Shown here: piece after piece, positions 10,301 to 23,700 of the stretch
How the letters are laid out: the number at the start of each line of letters is the position of its first letter
Numbering within the stretch: the first letter of the stretch is position 1
DNA from: the human T2T-CHM13v2.0 reference genome, Homo sapiens
Reading direction: 5' to 3' (one strand)
DNA length: 64,000 bases
NCBI RefSeq assembly: GCF_009914755.1
Contig: NC_060939.1
Made by a program: the position numbers and the translations under genes
Notes under the pieces: generated by a model
What the model was told of the DNA's origin: nothing
Database searches by the model: none
The model's input: only the letters and a program-made list of their open reading frames with translations

Positions 10301-13300
10301 CATTCCATTCCAGTCCATTCCATTTGTGTCCACTGCATTCCATTCCACTCCATTCCATATTATTCCATTACATTCCATTCCATTCTATTACTTTCATTTC
10401 CATTCAATTCCATTCCATTTGATTCCATTCCACTCGGTTTCATTCCATTTGAGTCCACTCCATTCCATTCCATTCCATTCAGTTCCATTCCATTCTGTTC
10501 CATTCCATTCCGTTCCATTACATTCCATTCCATTCGGTACCATTCCATATTGTTCCATTCGATTCCATTCGAATCCATTCCATTCCAGTCCATTCCATTC
10601 GATTCCATTCCATTCATTTCAATTCCATTCCATTACATTCCACTTGATTCCTCTCCATTCCCTTCCACTGCATTCCGTTCGATTCCATTCCATTGCATTG
10701 CATTCCATTCCATTGGATTGCATTCCATTCGATTCCATTCCATTCGAATCAATTACATAGCAATCCATTACATTCGAGTCTATTCTCTTCCGTTCCATTC
10801 GATTTCGTTCCAATCCATTCGATTCCATTCCATTCGATTCCATTCCATACTATTGCATTCCATTCTATTACATTATATTCGAATAAGTTCCATTCAAGAC
10901 CATTTCTTTTGAGTCCATTCTATTTGAGTCCATTCCCTTTGATTCCATAACATTTGAGTCCATTCAATTCCATTCCTTTCGTTTCCATTCCATTTGATGC
11001 CATTCCATTCAATTCTGTTCTACTCGACTCCAATACATTCAATTCCATTCCATCCGATTCCATTACATTCTTTTCATTTCTTATCCATTTCAAGCCATTC
11101 CACTCCATTCCATTCCACTCGTTTCCTTTCCATTCGAGTCCATTCCTCTCCAGTCCATTCCGTTCAATCCATTCCATTCCAGTCCATTCCATTCGAGTCC
11201 GTTCCATTCCAGTCCATTCCATTCGAGTCAATTCCATTCCATTCGATGTCTTTCCATAACGATCCATTCCATTCTATTCCTTTCGATTCCATTCCATTCT
11301 ATTTCATTCCATTCGATTCCCTTCCATTGGACTCCTTTCCATTCGAGTGCATTCCATTCCGTTCCATTTCTTTCCGTTCTGTACGATTCCTACCGTTCGA
11401 TTTCATTTTGTTCCAGTCCATTCCTTTTGCGTCCATTCCATTCCATTTCACTCCATTCGATTCCATTCCACTCGATTCCACTTCGTTCCATTTCATTGCA
11501 TTCCATTCTATTCAACTCTATTGCCTTCCATTCCATTCCATTCGATTACATTCCATGCGATTCCATTCGAAATCGAATCAATTACATTGCAATCCATTAC
11601 TATTGAGTCCGTTTTATTCCAGTCCACTGCATTCTGGTCCATTCCATTTGATTCCATTCCATTCTATTCCATTCCATACAGTTGCATTCCATTGGATTCC
11701 ATGCTATATCTATAAATTCAATTCGAGACCATTGCTTTTGAGTCCATTCTATATGATTCCATTCCATTCAAGTCCATTACATTTGGTTAAATTCCATTCC
11801 ATTCGGTTCAATTCCATTCCATTCCATTCCCTTCCATTCCATTCCAGTTGATATCAATCCATTCGATTCCATTCCATTCGAGCACATTCCATTCGAGTCC
11901 ATTCCATTCGATGCCATTCCATTTGATTCTATTCCATTAGTCTCCATTCAATTCCATTAATCTCCATTCCATTCCATTCTACTCCAACTGATTCCATTCC
12001 ATTCTATTCCTTTCCATTCCATTTCATTCCATTCCATTCCATTCCATTCGTGTCCATTCCACTCCAGTCCATTCCATTCGTATCCATTCCATTCCAGTCC
12101 ATTCCATTTGTGTCCACTGCATTCCATTCCACTCCATTCCATATTATTCCATTACACTCCATTCCATTCTATTACTTTCATTTCCATTCAATTCCATTCC
12201 ATTTGATTCCATTCCACTCGGTTTCATTCCATTTGAGTCCACTCCATTCCATTCCATTCCATTCAGTTCCATTCCATTCCGTTCCATTACATTCCATTCC
12301 ATTCGGTACCATTCCATATTGTTCCATTCGATTCCATTCGAATCCATTCCATTCCAGTCCATTCCATTCGATTCCATTCCATTCATTTCAATTCCATTCC
12401 ATTCCATTCCATTACATTCCACTTGATTCCTCTCCATTCCCTTCCACTGCATTCCGTTCGATTCCATTCCATTGCATTGCATTCCATTCCATTGGATTGC
12501 ATTCCATTCGATTCCATTCCATTCGAATCAATTACGTAGCAATCCATTACATTCGAGTCTATTCTCTTCCGTTCCATTCGATTTCGTTCCAATCCATTCG
12601 ATTCCATTCCATTCGATTCCATTCCATACTATTGCATTCCATTCGATTACATTATATTCGAATAAGTTCCATTCAAGACCATTTCTTTTGAGTCCATTCT
12701 ATTTGAGTCCATTCCCTTTGATTCCATAACATTTGAGTCCATTCAATTCCATTCCTTTCGTTTCCATTCCATTTGATGCCATTCCATTCAATTCTGTTCT
12801 ACTCGACTCCAATACATTCAATTCCATTCCATCCGATTCCATTACATTCTTTTCATTTCTTATCCATTTCAAGCCATTCCACTCCATTCCATTCCACTCG
12901 TTTCCTTTCCATTCGAGTCCATTCCTCTCCAGTCCATTCCGTTCAATCCATTCCATTCCAGTCCATTCCATTCGAGTCCGTTCCATTCCAGTCCATTCCA
13001 TTCGAGTCAATTCCATTCCATTCGATGTCTTTCCATAACGATCCATTCCATTCTATTCCTTTCGATTCCATTCCATTCTATTTCATTCCATTCGATTCCC
13101 TTCCATTGGACTCCTTTCCATTCGAGTGCATTCCATTCCGTTCCATTTCTTTCCGTTCTGTACGATTCCTACCGTTCGATTTCATTTTGTTCCAGTCCAT
13201 TCTTTCGCGTCCATTCCATTCCATTTCACTCCATTCGATTCCATTCCACTCGATTCCACTTCGTTCCATTTCATTGCATTCCATTCTATTCAACTCTATT

Positions 13301-16300
13301 GCCTTCCATTCCATTCCATTCGATTACATTCCATGCGATTCCATTCGAAATCGAATCAATTACATTGCAATCCATTACTATTGAGTCCGTTTTATTCCAG
13401 TCCACTGCATTCTGGTCCATTCCATTTGATTCCATTCCATTCTATTCCATTCCATAGAGTTGCATTCCATTGGATTCCATGCTATATCTATAAATTCAAT
13501 TCGAGACCATTGCTTTTGAGTCCATTCTATATGATTCCATTCCATTCAAGTCCATTACATTTGGTTAAATTCCATTCCATTCGGTTCAATTCCATTCCAT
13601 TCCATTCCCTTCCATTCCATTCCAGTTGATATCAATCCATTCGATTCCATTCCATTCGAGCACATTCCATTCGAGTCCATTCCATTCGATGCCATTCCAT
13701 TTGATTCTATTCCATTAGTCTCCATTCAATTCCATTAATCTCCATTCCATTCCATTCTACTCCAACTGATTCCATTCCATTCTATTCCTTTCCATTCCAT
13801 TTCATTCCATTCCATTCCATTCCATTCCATTCGTGTCCATTCCACTCCAGTCCATTCCATTCGTATCCATTCCATTCCAGTCCATTCCATTTGTGTCCAC
13901 TGCATTCCATTCCACTCCATTCCATATTATTCCATTACACTCCAATCCATTCTATTACATTCATTTCCATTCAATTCCATTCCATTTGATTCCATTCCAC
14001 TCGGTTTCATTCCATTTGAGTCCACTCCATTCCATTCCATTCCATTCAGTTCCATTCCATTCTGTTCCATTCCATTCCGTTCCATTACATTCCATTCCAT
14101 TCGGTACCATTCCATATTGTTCCATTCGATTCCATTCGAATCCATTGCATTCCAGTCCATTCCATTCGATTCCATTCCATTCATTTCAATTCCATTCCAT
14201 TCCATTCCATTACATTCCACTTGATTCCTCTCCATTCCCTTCCACTGCATTCCGTTCGATTCCATTCCATTGCATTGCATTCCATTCCATTGGATTGCAT
14301 TCCATTCGATTCCATTCCATTCGAATCAATTACATAGCAATCCATTACATTCGAGTCTATTCTCTTCCGTTCCATTCGATTTCGTTCCAATCCATTCGAT
14401 TCCATTCCATTCGATTCCATTCCATACTATTGCATTCCATTCGATTACATTATATTCGAATAAGTTCCATTCAAGACCATTTCTTTTGAGTCCATTCTAT
14501 TTGAGTCCATTCCCTTTGATTCCATAACATTTGAGTCCATTCAATTCCATTCCTTTCGTTTCCATTCCATTTGATGCCATTCCATTCAATTCTGTTCTAC
14601 TCGACTCCAATACATTCAATTCCATTCCATCCGATTCCATTACATTCTTTTCATTTCTTATCCATTTCAAGCCATTCCACTCCATTCCATTCCACTCGTT
14701 TCCTTTCCATTCGAGTCCATTCCTCTCCAGTCCATTCCGTTCAATCCATTCCATTCCAGTCCATTCCATTCGAGTCCGTTCCATTCCAGTCCATTCCATT
14801 CGAGTCAATTCCATTCCATTCGATGTCTTTCCATAACGATCCATTCCATTCTATTCCTTTCGATTCCATTCCATTCTATTTCATTCCATTCGATTCCCTT
14901 CCATTGGACTCCTTTCCATTCGAGTGCATTCCATTCCGTTCCATTTCTTTTCGTTCTGTACGATTCCTACCGTTCGATTTCATTTTGTTCCAGTCCATTC
15001 CTTTCGCGTCCATTCCATTCCATTTCACTCCATTCGATTCCATTCCACTCGATTCCACTTCGTTCCATTTCATTGCATTCCATTCTATTCAACTCTATTG
15101 CCTTCCATTCCATTCCATTCGATTACATTCCATGCGATTCCATTCGAAATCGAATCAATTACATTGCAATCCATTACTATTGAGTCCGTTTTATTCCAGT
15201 CCACTGCATTCTGGTCCATTCCATTTGATTCCATTCCATTCTATTCCATTCCATACAGTTGCATTCCATTGGATTCCATGCTATATCTATAAATTCAATT
15301 CGAGACCATTGCTTTTGAGTCCATTCTATATGATTCCATTCCATTCAAGTCCATTACATTTGGTTAAATTCCATTCCATTCGGTTCAATTCCATTCCATT
15401 CCATTCCCTTCCATTCCATTCCAGTTGATATCAATCCATTCGATTCCATTCCATTCGAGCACATTCCATTCGAGTCCATTCCATTCGATGCCATTCCATT
15501 TGATTCTATTCCATTAGTCTCCATTCAATTCCATTAATCTCCATTCCATTCCATTCTACTCCAACTGATTCCATTCCATTCTATTCCTTTCCATTCCATT
15601 CCATTCCATTCCATTCCATTCCATTCCATTCCATTCCATTCCATTCGTGTCCATTCCACTCCAGTCCATTCCATTCGTATCCATTCCATTCCAGTCCATT
15701 CCATTTGTGTCCACTGCATTCCATTCCACTCCATTCCATATTATTCCATTACACTCCATTCCATTCTATTACTTTCATTTCCATTCAATTCCATTCCATT
15801 TGATTCCATTCCACTCGGTTTCATTCCATTTGAGTCCACTCCATTCCATTCCATTCCATTCAGTTCCATTCCATTCTGTTCCATTCCATTCCGTTCCATT
15901 ACATTCCATTCCATTCGGTACCATTCCATATTGTTCCATTCGATTCCATTCGAATCCATTCCATTCCAGTCCATTCCATTCGATTCCATTCCATTCATTT
16001 CAATTCCATTCCATTACATTCCACTTGATTCCTCTCCATTCCCTTCCACTGCATTCCGTTCGATTCCATTCCATTGCATTGCATTGCATTCCATTGGATT
16101 GCATTCCATTCGATTCCATTCCATTCGAATCAATTACATAGCAATCCATTACATTCGAGTCTATTCTCTTCCGTTCCATTCGATTTCGTTCCAATCCATT
16201 CGATTCCATTCCATTCGATTCCATTCCATACTATTGCATTCCATTCGATTACATTATATTCGAATAAGTTCCATTCAAGACCATTTCTTTTGAGTCCATT

Positions 16301-18133
16301 CTATTTGAGTCCATTCCCTTTGATTCCATAACATTTGAGTCCATTCAATTCCATTCCTTTCGTTTCCATTCCATTTGATGCCATTCCATTCAATTCTGTT
16401 CTACTCGACTCCAATACATTCAATTCCATTCCATCCGATTCCATTACATTCTTTTCATTTCTTATCCATTTCAAGCCATTCCACTCCATTCCATTCCACT
16501 CGTTTCCTTTCCATTCGAGTCCATTCCTCTCCAGTCCATTCCGTTCAATCCATTCCATTCCAGTCCATTCCATTCGAGTCCGTTCCATTCCAGTCCATTC
16601 CATTCGAGTCAATTCCATTCCATTCGATGTCTTTCCATAACGATCCATTCCATTCTATTCCTTTCGATTCCATTCCATTCTATTTCATTCCATTCGATTC
16701 CCTTCCATTGGACTCCTTTCCATTCGAGTGCATTCCATTCCGTTCCATTTCTTTCCGTTCTGTACGATTCCTACCGTTCGATTTCATTTTGTTCCAGTCC
16801 ATTCCTTTCGCGTCCATTCCATTCCATTTCACTCCATTCGATTCCATTCCACTCGATTCCACTTCGTTCCATTTCATTGCATTCCATTCTATTCAACTCT
16901 ATTGCCTTCCATTCCATTCCATTCGATTACATTCCATGCGATTCCATTCGAAATCGAATCAATTACATTGCAATCCATTACTATTGAGTCCGTTTTATTC
17001 CAGTCCACTGCATTCTGGTCCATTCCATTTGATTCCATTCCATTCTATTCCATTCCATACAGTTGCATTCCATTGGATTCCATGCTATATCTATAAATTC
17101 AATTCGAGACCATTGCTTTTGAGTCCATTCTATATGATTCCATTCCATTCAAGTCCATTACATTTGGTTAAATTCCATTCCATTCGGTTCAATTCCATTC
17201 CATTCCATTCCCTTGCATTCCATTCCAGTTGATATCAATACATTCGATTCCATTCCATTCGAGCACATTCCATTCGATGCCATTCCATTTGATTCTATTC
17301 CATTAGTCTCCATTCAATTCCATTAATCTCCATTCCATTCCATTCTACTCCAACTGATTCCATTCCATTCTATTCCATTCCATTCCATTTCATTCCATTC
17401 CATTCCATTTCATTCCATTCCATTCCATTCGTGTCCATTCCACTGCAGTCCATTCCATTCGTGTCCATTCCATTCCAGTCCATTCGATTTGTGTCCACTG
17501 CATTCAATTCCACTCCATTCCATATTATTCCATTACACTCCATTCCATTCTATTACTTTCATTTCCATTCAATTCCATTCCATTTGATTCCATTCCACTC
17601 GGTTTCATTCCATTTGAGTCCACTCCATTCCATTCCATTCCATTCCATTCAGTTCCATTCCATTCTGTTCCATTCCATTCCGTTCCATTACATTCCATTC
17701 CATTCGGTACCATTCCATATTGTTCCATTCGATTCCATTCGAATCCATTCCATTCCAGTCCATTCCATTCGATTCCATTCCATTCATTTCAATTCCATTC
17801 CATTCCATTCCATTACATTCCACTTGATTCCTCTCCATTCCCTTCCACTGCATTCCGTTCGATTCCATTCCATTGCATTGCATTCCATTCCATTGGATTG
17901 CATTCCATTCGATTCCATTCCATTCGAATCAATTACATAGCAATCCATTACATTCGAGTCTATTCTCTTCCGTTCCATTCGATTTCGTTCCAATCCATTC
18001 GATTCCATTCCATTCGATTCCATTCCATACTATTGCATTCCATTCGATTACATTATATTCGAATAAGTTCCATTCAAGACCATTTCTTTTGAGTCCATTC
18101 TATTTGAGTCCATTCCCTTTGATTCCATAACAT
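7347..18133 (+). repeat. Six-unit block U5-U10, paralogous to U26-U31 (45154-55935)
   Basis: The unit types occur in the same order and the unit-start offsets are nearly constant: 37807, 37807, 37807, 37807, 37817, 37802 bp. Confidence 0.8.
15592..15646 (+). repeat. Perfect (CATTC)11 microsatellite tract, the longest pure run I found
   Basis: 55 bp of uninterrupted CATTC. The CATTT interruption present at this site in other units is absent here. Confidence 0.9.
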
Positions 18134-20729
18134 TTGAGTCCATTCAATTCCATTCCTTTCGTTTCCATTCCATTTGATGCCATTCCATTCAATTCTGTTC
18201 TACTCGACTCCAATACATTCAATTCCATTCCATCCGATTCCATTACATTCTTTTCATTTCTTATCCATTTCAAGCCATTCCACTCCATTCCATTCCACTC
18301 GTTTCCTTTCCATTCGAGTCCATTCCTCTCCAGTCCATTCCGTTCAATCCATTCCATTCCAGTCCATTCCATTCGAGTCCGTTCCATTCCAGTCCATTCC
18401 ATTCGAGTCAATTCCATTCCATTCGATGTCTTTCCATAACGATCCATTCCATTCTATTCCTTTCGATTCCATTCCATTCTATTTCATTCCATTCGATTCC
18501 CTTCCATTGGACTCCTTTCCATTCGAGTGCATTCCATTCCATTCCATTTCTTTCCGTTCTGTACGATTCCTACCGTTCGATTTCATTTTGTTCCAGTCCA
18601 TTCTTTCGCGTCCATTCCATTCCATTTCACTCCATTCGATTCCATTACACTCGATTCCACTTCGTTCCATTTCATTGCATTCCATTCTATTCAACTCTAT
18701 TGCCTTCCATTCCATTCCATTCGATTACATTCCATGCGATTCCATTCGAAATCGAATCAATTACACTGCAATCCATTACTATTGAGTCCGTTTTATTCCA
18801 GTCCACTGCATTCTGGTCCATTCCATTTGATTCCATTCCATTCTATTCCATTCCATACAGTTGCATTCCATTGGATTCCATGCTATATCTATAAACTCAA
18901 TTCGAGACCATTGCTTTTGAGTCCATTCTATATGATTCCATTCCATTCAAGTCCATTACATTTGGTTAAATTCCATTCCATTCGGTTCAATTCCATTCCA
19001 TTCCATTCCGTTCCATTCCATTCCAGTTGATATCAATCCATTCGATTCCATTCCATTCGAGCACATTCCATTCGAGTCCATTCCATTCGATGCCATTCCA
19101 TTTGATTCTATTCCATTAGTCTCCATTCAATTCCATTAATCTCCATTCCATTCCATTCTACTCCAACTGATTCCATTCCATTCTATTCCTTTCCATTCCA
19201 TTTCATTCCATTCCATTCCATTCCATTCCATTCCATTCCATTCGAGTCCATTCCACTCCAGTCCATTCCATTCGTATCCATTCCATTCCAGTCCATTCCA
19301 TTTGTGTCCACTGCATTCCATTCCACTCCATTCCATATTATTCCATTACACTCCATTCCATTCTATTACATCCATTTCCATTCAATTCCATTCCATTTGA
19401 TTCCATTCCACTCGGTTTCATTCCATTTGAGTCCACTCCATTCCATTGCATTCCATTCAGTTCCATTCCATTCTGTTCCATTCCATTCCGTTCCATTACA
19501 TTCCATTCCATTCGGTACCATTCCATATTGTTCCATTCGATTCCATTCGAATCCATTCCATTCCAGTCCATTCCATTCGATTCCATTCCATTCATTTCAA
19601 TTCCATTCCATTCCATTCCATTACATTCCACTTGATTCCTCTCCATTCCCTTCCACTGCATTCCGTTCGATTCCATTCCATTGCATTGCATTCCATTCCA
19701 TTGGATTGCATTCCATTCGATTCCATTCCATTCGAATCAATTACATAGCAATCCATTACATTCGAGTCTATTCTCTTCCGTTCCATTCGATTTCGTTCCA
19801 ATCCATTCGATTCCATTCCATTCGATTCCATTCCATACTATTGCATTCCATTCGATTACATTATATTCGAATAAGTTCCATTCAAGACCATTTCTTTTGA
19901 GTCCATTCTATTTGAGTCCATTCCCTTTGATTCCATAACATTTGAGTCCATTCAATTCCATTCCTTTCGTTTCCATTCCATTTGATGCCATTCCATTCAA
20001 TTCTGTTCTACTCGACTCCAATACATTCAATTCCATTCCATCCGATTCCATTACATTCTTTTCATTTCTTATCCATTTCAAGCCATTCCACTCCATTCCA
20101 TTCCACTCGTTTCCTTTCCATTCGAGTCCATTCCTCTCCAGTCCATTCCGTTCAATCCATTCCATTCCAGTCCATTCCATTCGAGTCCGTTCCATTCCAG
20201 TCCATTCCATTCGAGTCAATTCCATTCCATTCGATGTCTTTCCATAACGATCCATTCCATTCTATTCCTTTCGATTCCATTCCATTCTATTTCATTCCAT
20301 TCGATTCCCTTCCATTGGACTCCTTTCCATTCGAGTGCATTCCATTCCGTTCCATTTCTTTTCGTTCTGTACGATTCGTACCGTTCGATTTCATTTTGTT
20401 CCAGTCCATTCCTTTCGCGTCCATTCCATTCCATTTCACTCCATTCGATTCCATTCCACTCGATTCCACTTCGTTCCATTTCATTGCATTCCATTCTATT
20501 CAACTCTATTGCCTTCCATTCCATTCCATTCGATTACATTCCATGCGATTCCATTCGAAATCGAATCAATTACATTGCAATCCATTACTATTGAGTCCGT
20601 TTTATTCCAGTCCACTGCATTGTGGTCCATTCCATTTGATTCCATTCCATTCTATTCCATTCCATACAGTTGCATTCCATTGGATTCCATGCTATATCTA
20701 TAAATTCAATTCGAGACCATTGCTTTTGA

Positions 20730-23700
20730 TTCCATTCTATATGATTCCATTCCATTCAAGTCCATTACATTTGGTTAAATTCCATTCCATTCGGTTCAAT
20801 TCCATTCCATTCCATTCCCTTCCATTCCATTCCAGTTGATATCAATCCATTCGATTCCATTCCATTCGAGCACATTCCATTCGAGTCCATTCCATTCGAT
20901 GCCATTCCATTTGATTCTATTCCATTAGTCTCCATTCAATTCCATTAATCTCCATTCCAGTCCATTCTACTCCAACTGATTCCATTCCATTCTATTCCAT
21001 TCCATTCCATTTCATTCCATTCCATTCCATTTCATTCCATTCCATTCCATTCGTGTCCATTCCACTGCAGTCCATTCCATTCGTGTCCATTCCATTCCAG
21101 TCCATTCGATTTGTGTCCACTGCATTCAATTCCACTCCATTCCATATTATTCCATTACACTCCATTCCATTCTATTACTTTCATTTCCATTCAATTCCAT
21201 TCCATTTGATTCCATTCCACTCGGTTTCATTCCATTTGAGTCCACTCCATTCCATTCCATTCCATTCCATTCAGTTCCATTCCATTCTGTTCCATTCCAT
21301 TCCGTTCCATTACATTCCATTCCATTCGGTACCATTCCATATTGTTCCATTCGATTCCATTCGAATCCATTCCATTCCAGTCCATTCCATTCGATTCCAT
21401 TCCATTCATTTCAATTCCATTCCATTCCATTCCATTACATTCCACTTGATTCCTCTCCATTCCCTTCGACTGCATTCCGTTCGATTCCATTCCATTGCAT
21501 TGCATTCCATTCCATTGGATTGCATTCCATTCGATTCCATTCCATTCGAATCAATTACATAGCAATCCATTACATTCGAGTCTATTCTCTTCCGTTCCAT
21601 TCGATTTCGTTCCAATCCATTCGATTCCATTCCATTCGATTCCATTCCATACTATTGCATTCCATTCGATTACATTATATTCGAATAAGTTCCATTCAAG
21701 ACCATTTCTTTTGAGTCCATTCTATTTGAGTCCATTCCCTTTGATTCCATAATATTTGAGTCCATTCAATTCCATTCCTTTCGTTTCCATTCCATTTGAT
21801 GCCATTCCATTCAATTCTGTTCTACTCGACTCCAATACATTCAATTCCATTCCATCCGATTCATTACATTCTTTTCATTTCTTATCCATTTCAAGCCATT
21901 CCACTCCATTCCATTCCACTCGTTTCCTTTCCATTCGAGTCCATTCCTCTCCAGTCCATTCCGTTCAATCCATTCCATTCCAGTCCATTCCATTCGAGTC
22001 CGTTCCATTCCAGTCCATTCCATTCGAGTCAATTCCATTCCATTCGATGTCTTTCCATAACGATCCATTCCATTCTATTCCTTTCGATTCCATTCCATTC
22101 TATTTCATTCCATTCGATTCCCTTCCATTGGACTCCTTTCCATTCGAGTGCATTCCATTCCGTTCCATTTCTTTCCGTTCTGTACGATTCCTACCGTTTG
22201 ATTTCATTTTGTTCCAGTCCATTCTTTCGCGTCCATTCCATTCCATTTCACTCCATTCGATTCCATTCCACTCGATTCCACTTCGTTCCATTTCATTGCA
22301 TTCCATTCTATTCAACTCTATTGCCTTCCATTCCATTCCATTCGATTACATTCCATGCGATTCCATTCAAAATCGAATCAATTACATTGCAATCCATTAC
22401 TATTGAGTCCGTTTTATTCCAGTCCACTGCATTCTGGTCCATTCCATTTGATTCCATTCCATTCTATTCCATTCCATACAGTTGCATTCCATTGGATTCC
22501 ATGCTATATCTATAAATTCAATTCGAGACCATTGCTTTTGAGTCCATTCTATATGATTCCATTCCATTCAAGTCCATTACATTTGGTTCAATTCCATTCC
22601 ATTCGGTTCAATTCCATTCCATTCCATTCCCTTCCATTCCATTCCAGTTGATATCAATCCATTCGATTCCATTCCATTCGAGCACATTCCATTCGAGTCC
22701 ATTCCATTCACTGCCATTCCATTTGATTCTATTCCACTAGTCTCCATTCAATTCCATTAATCTCCATTCCATTCCATTCTACTCCAACTGATTCCATTCC
22801 ATTCTATTCCTTTCCATTCCATTTCATTCCATTCCATTCCATTCCATTCCATTCCATTCCATTCCATTCGTGTCCATTCCACTCCAGTCCATTCCATTCG
22901 TATCCATTCCATTCCAGTCCATTCCATTTGTGTCCACTGCATTCCATTCCACTCCATTCCATATTATTCCATTACACTCCATTCCATTCTATTACTTTCA
23001 TTTCCATTCAATTCCATTCCATTTGATTCCATTCCACTCGGTTTCATTCCATTTGAGTCCACTCCATTCCATTCCATTCCATTCAGTTCCATTCCATTCT
23101 GTTCCATTCCATTCCGTTCCATTACATTCCATTCCATTCGGTACCATTCCATATTGTTCCATTCGATTCCATTCGAATCCATTCCATTCCAGTCCATTCC
23201 ATTCGATTCCATTCCATTCATTTCAATTCCATTCCATTCCATTCCATTACATTCCACTTGATTCCTCTCCATTCCCTTCCACTGCATTCCGTTCGATTCC
23301 ATTCCATTGCATTGCATTCCATTCCATTGGATTGCATTCCATTCGATTCCATTCCATTCGAATCAATTACATAGCAATCCATTACATTCGAGTCTATTCT
23401 CTTCCGTTCCATTCGATTTCGTTCCAATCCATTCGATTCCATTCCATTCGATTCCATTCCATACTATTGCATTCCATTCGATTACATTATATTCGAATAA
23501 GTTCCATTCAAGACCATTTCTTTTGAGTCCATTCTATTTGAGTCCATTCCCTTTGATTCCATAACATTTGAGTCCATTCAATTCCATTCCTTTCGTTTCC
23601 ATTCCATTTGATGCCATTCCATTCAATTCTGTTCTACTCGACTCCAATACATTCAATTCCATTCCATCCGATTCCATTACATTCTTTTCATTTCTTATCC

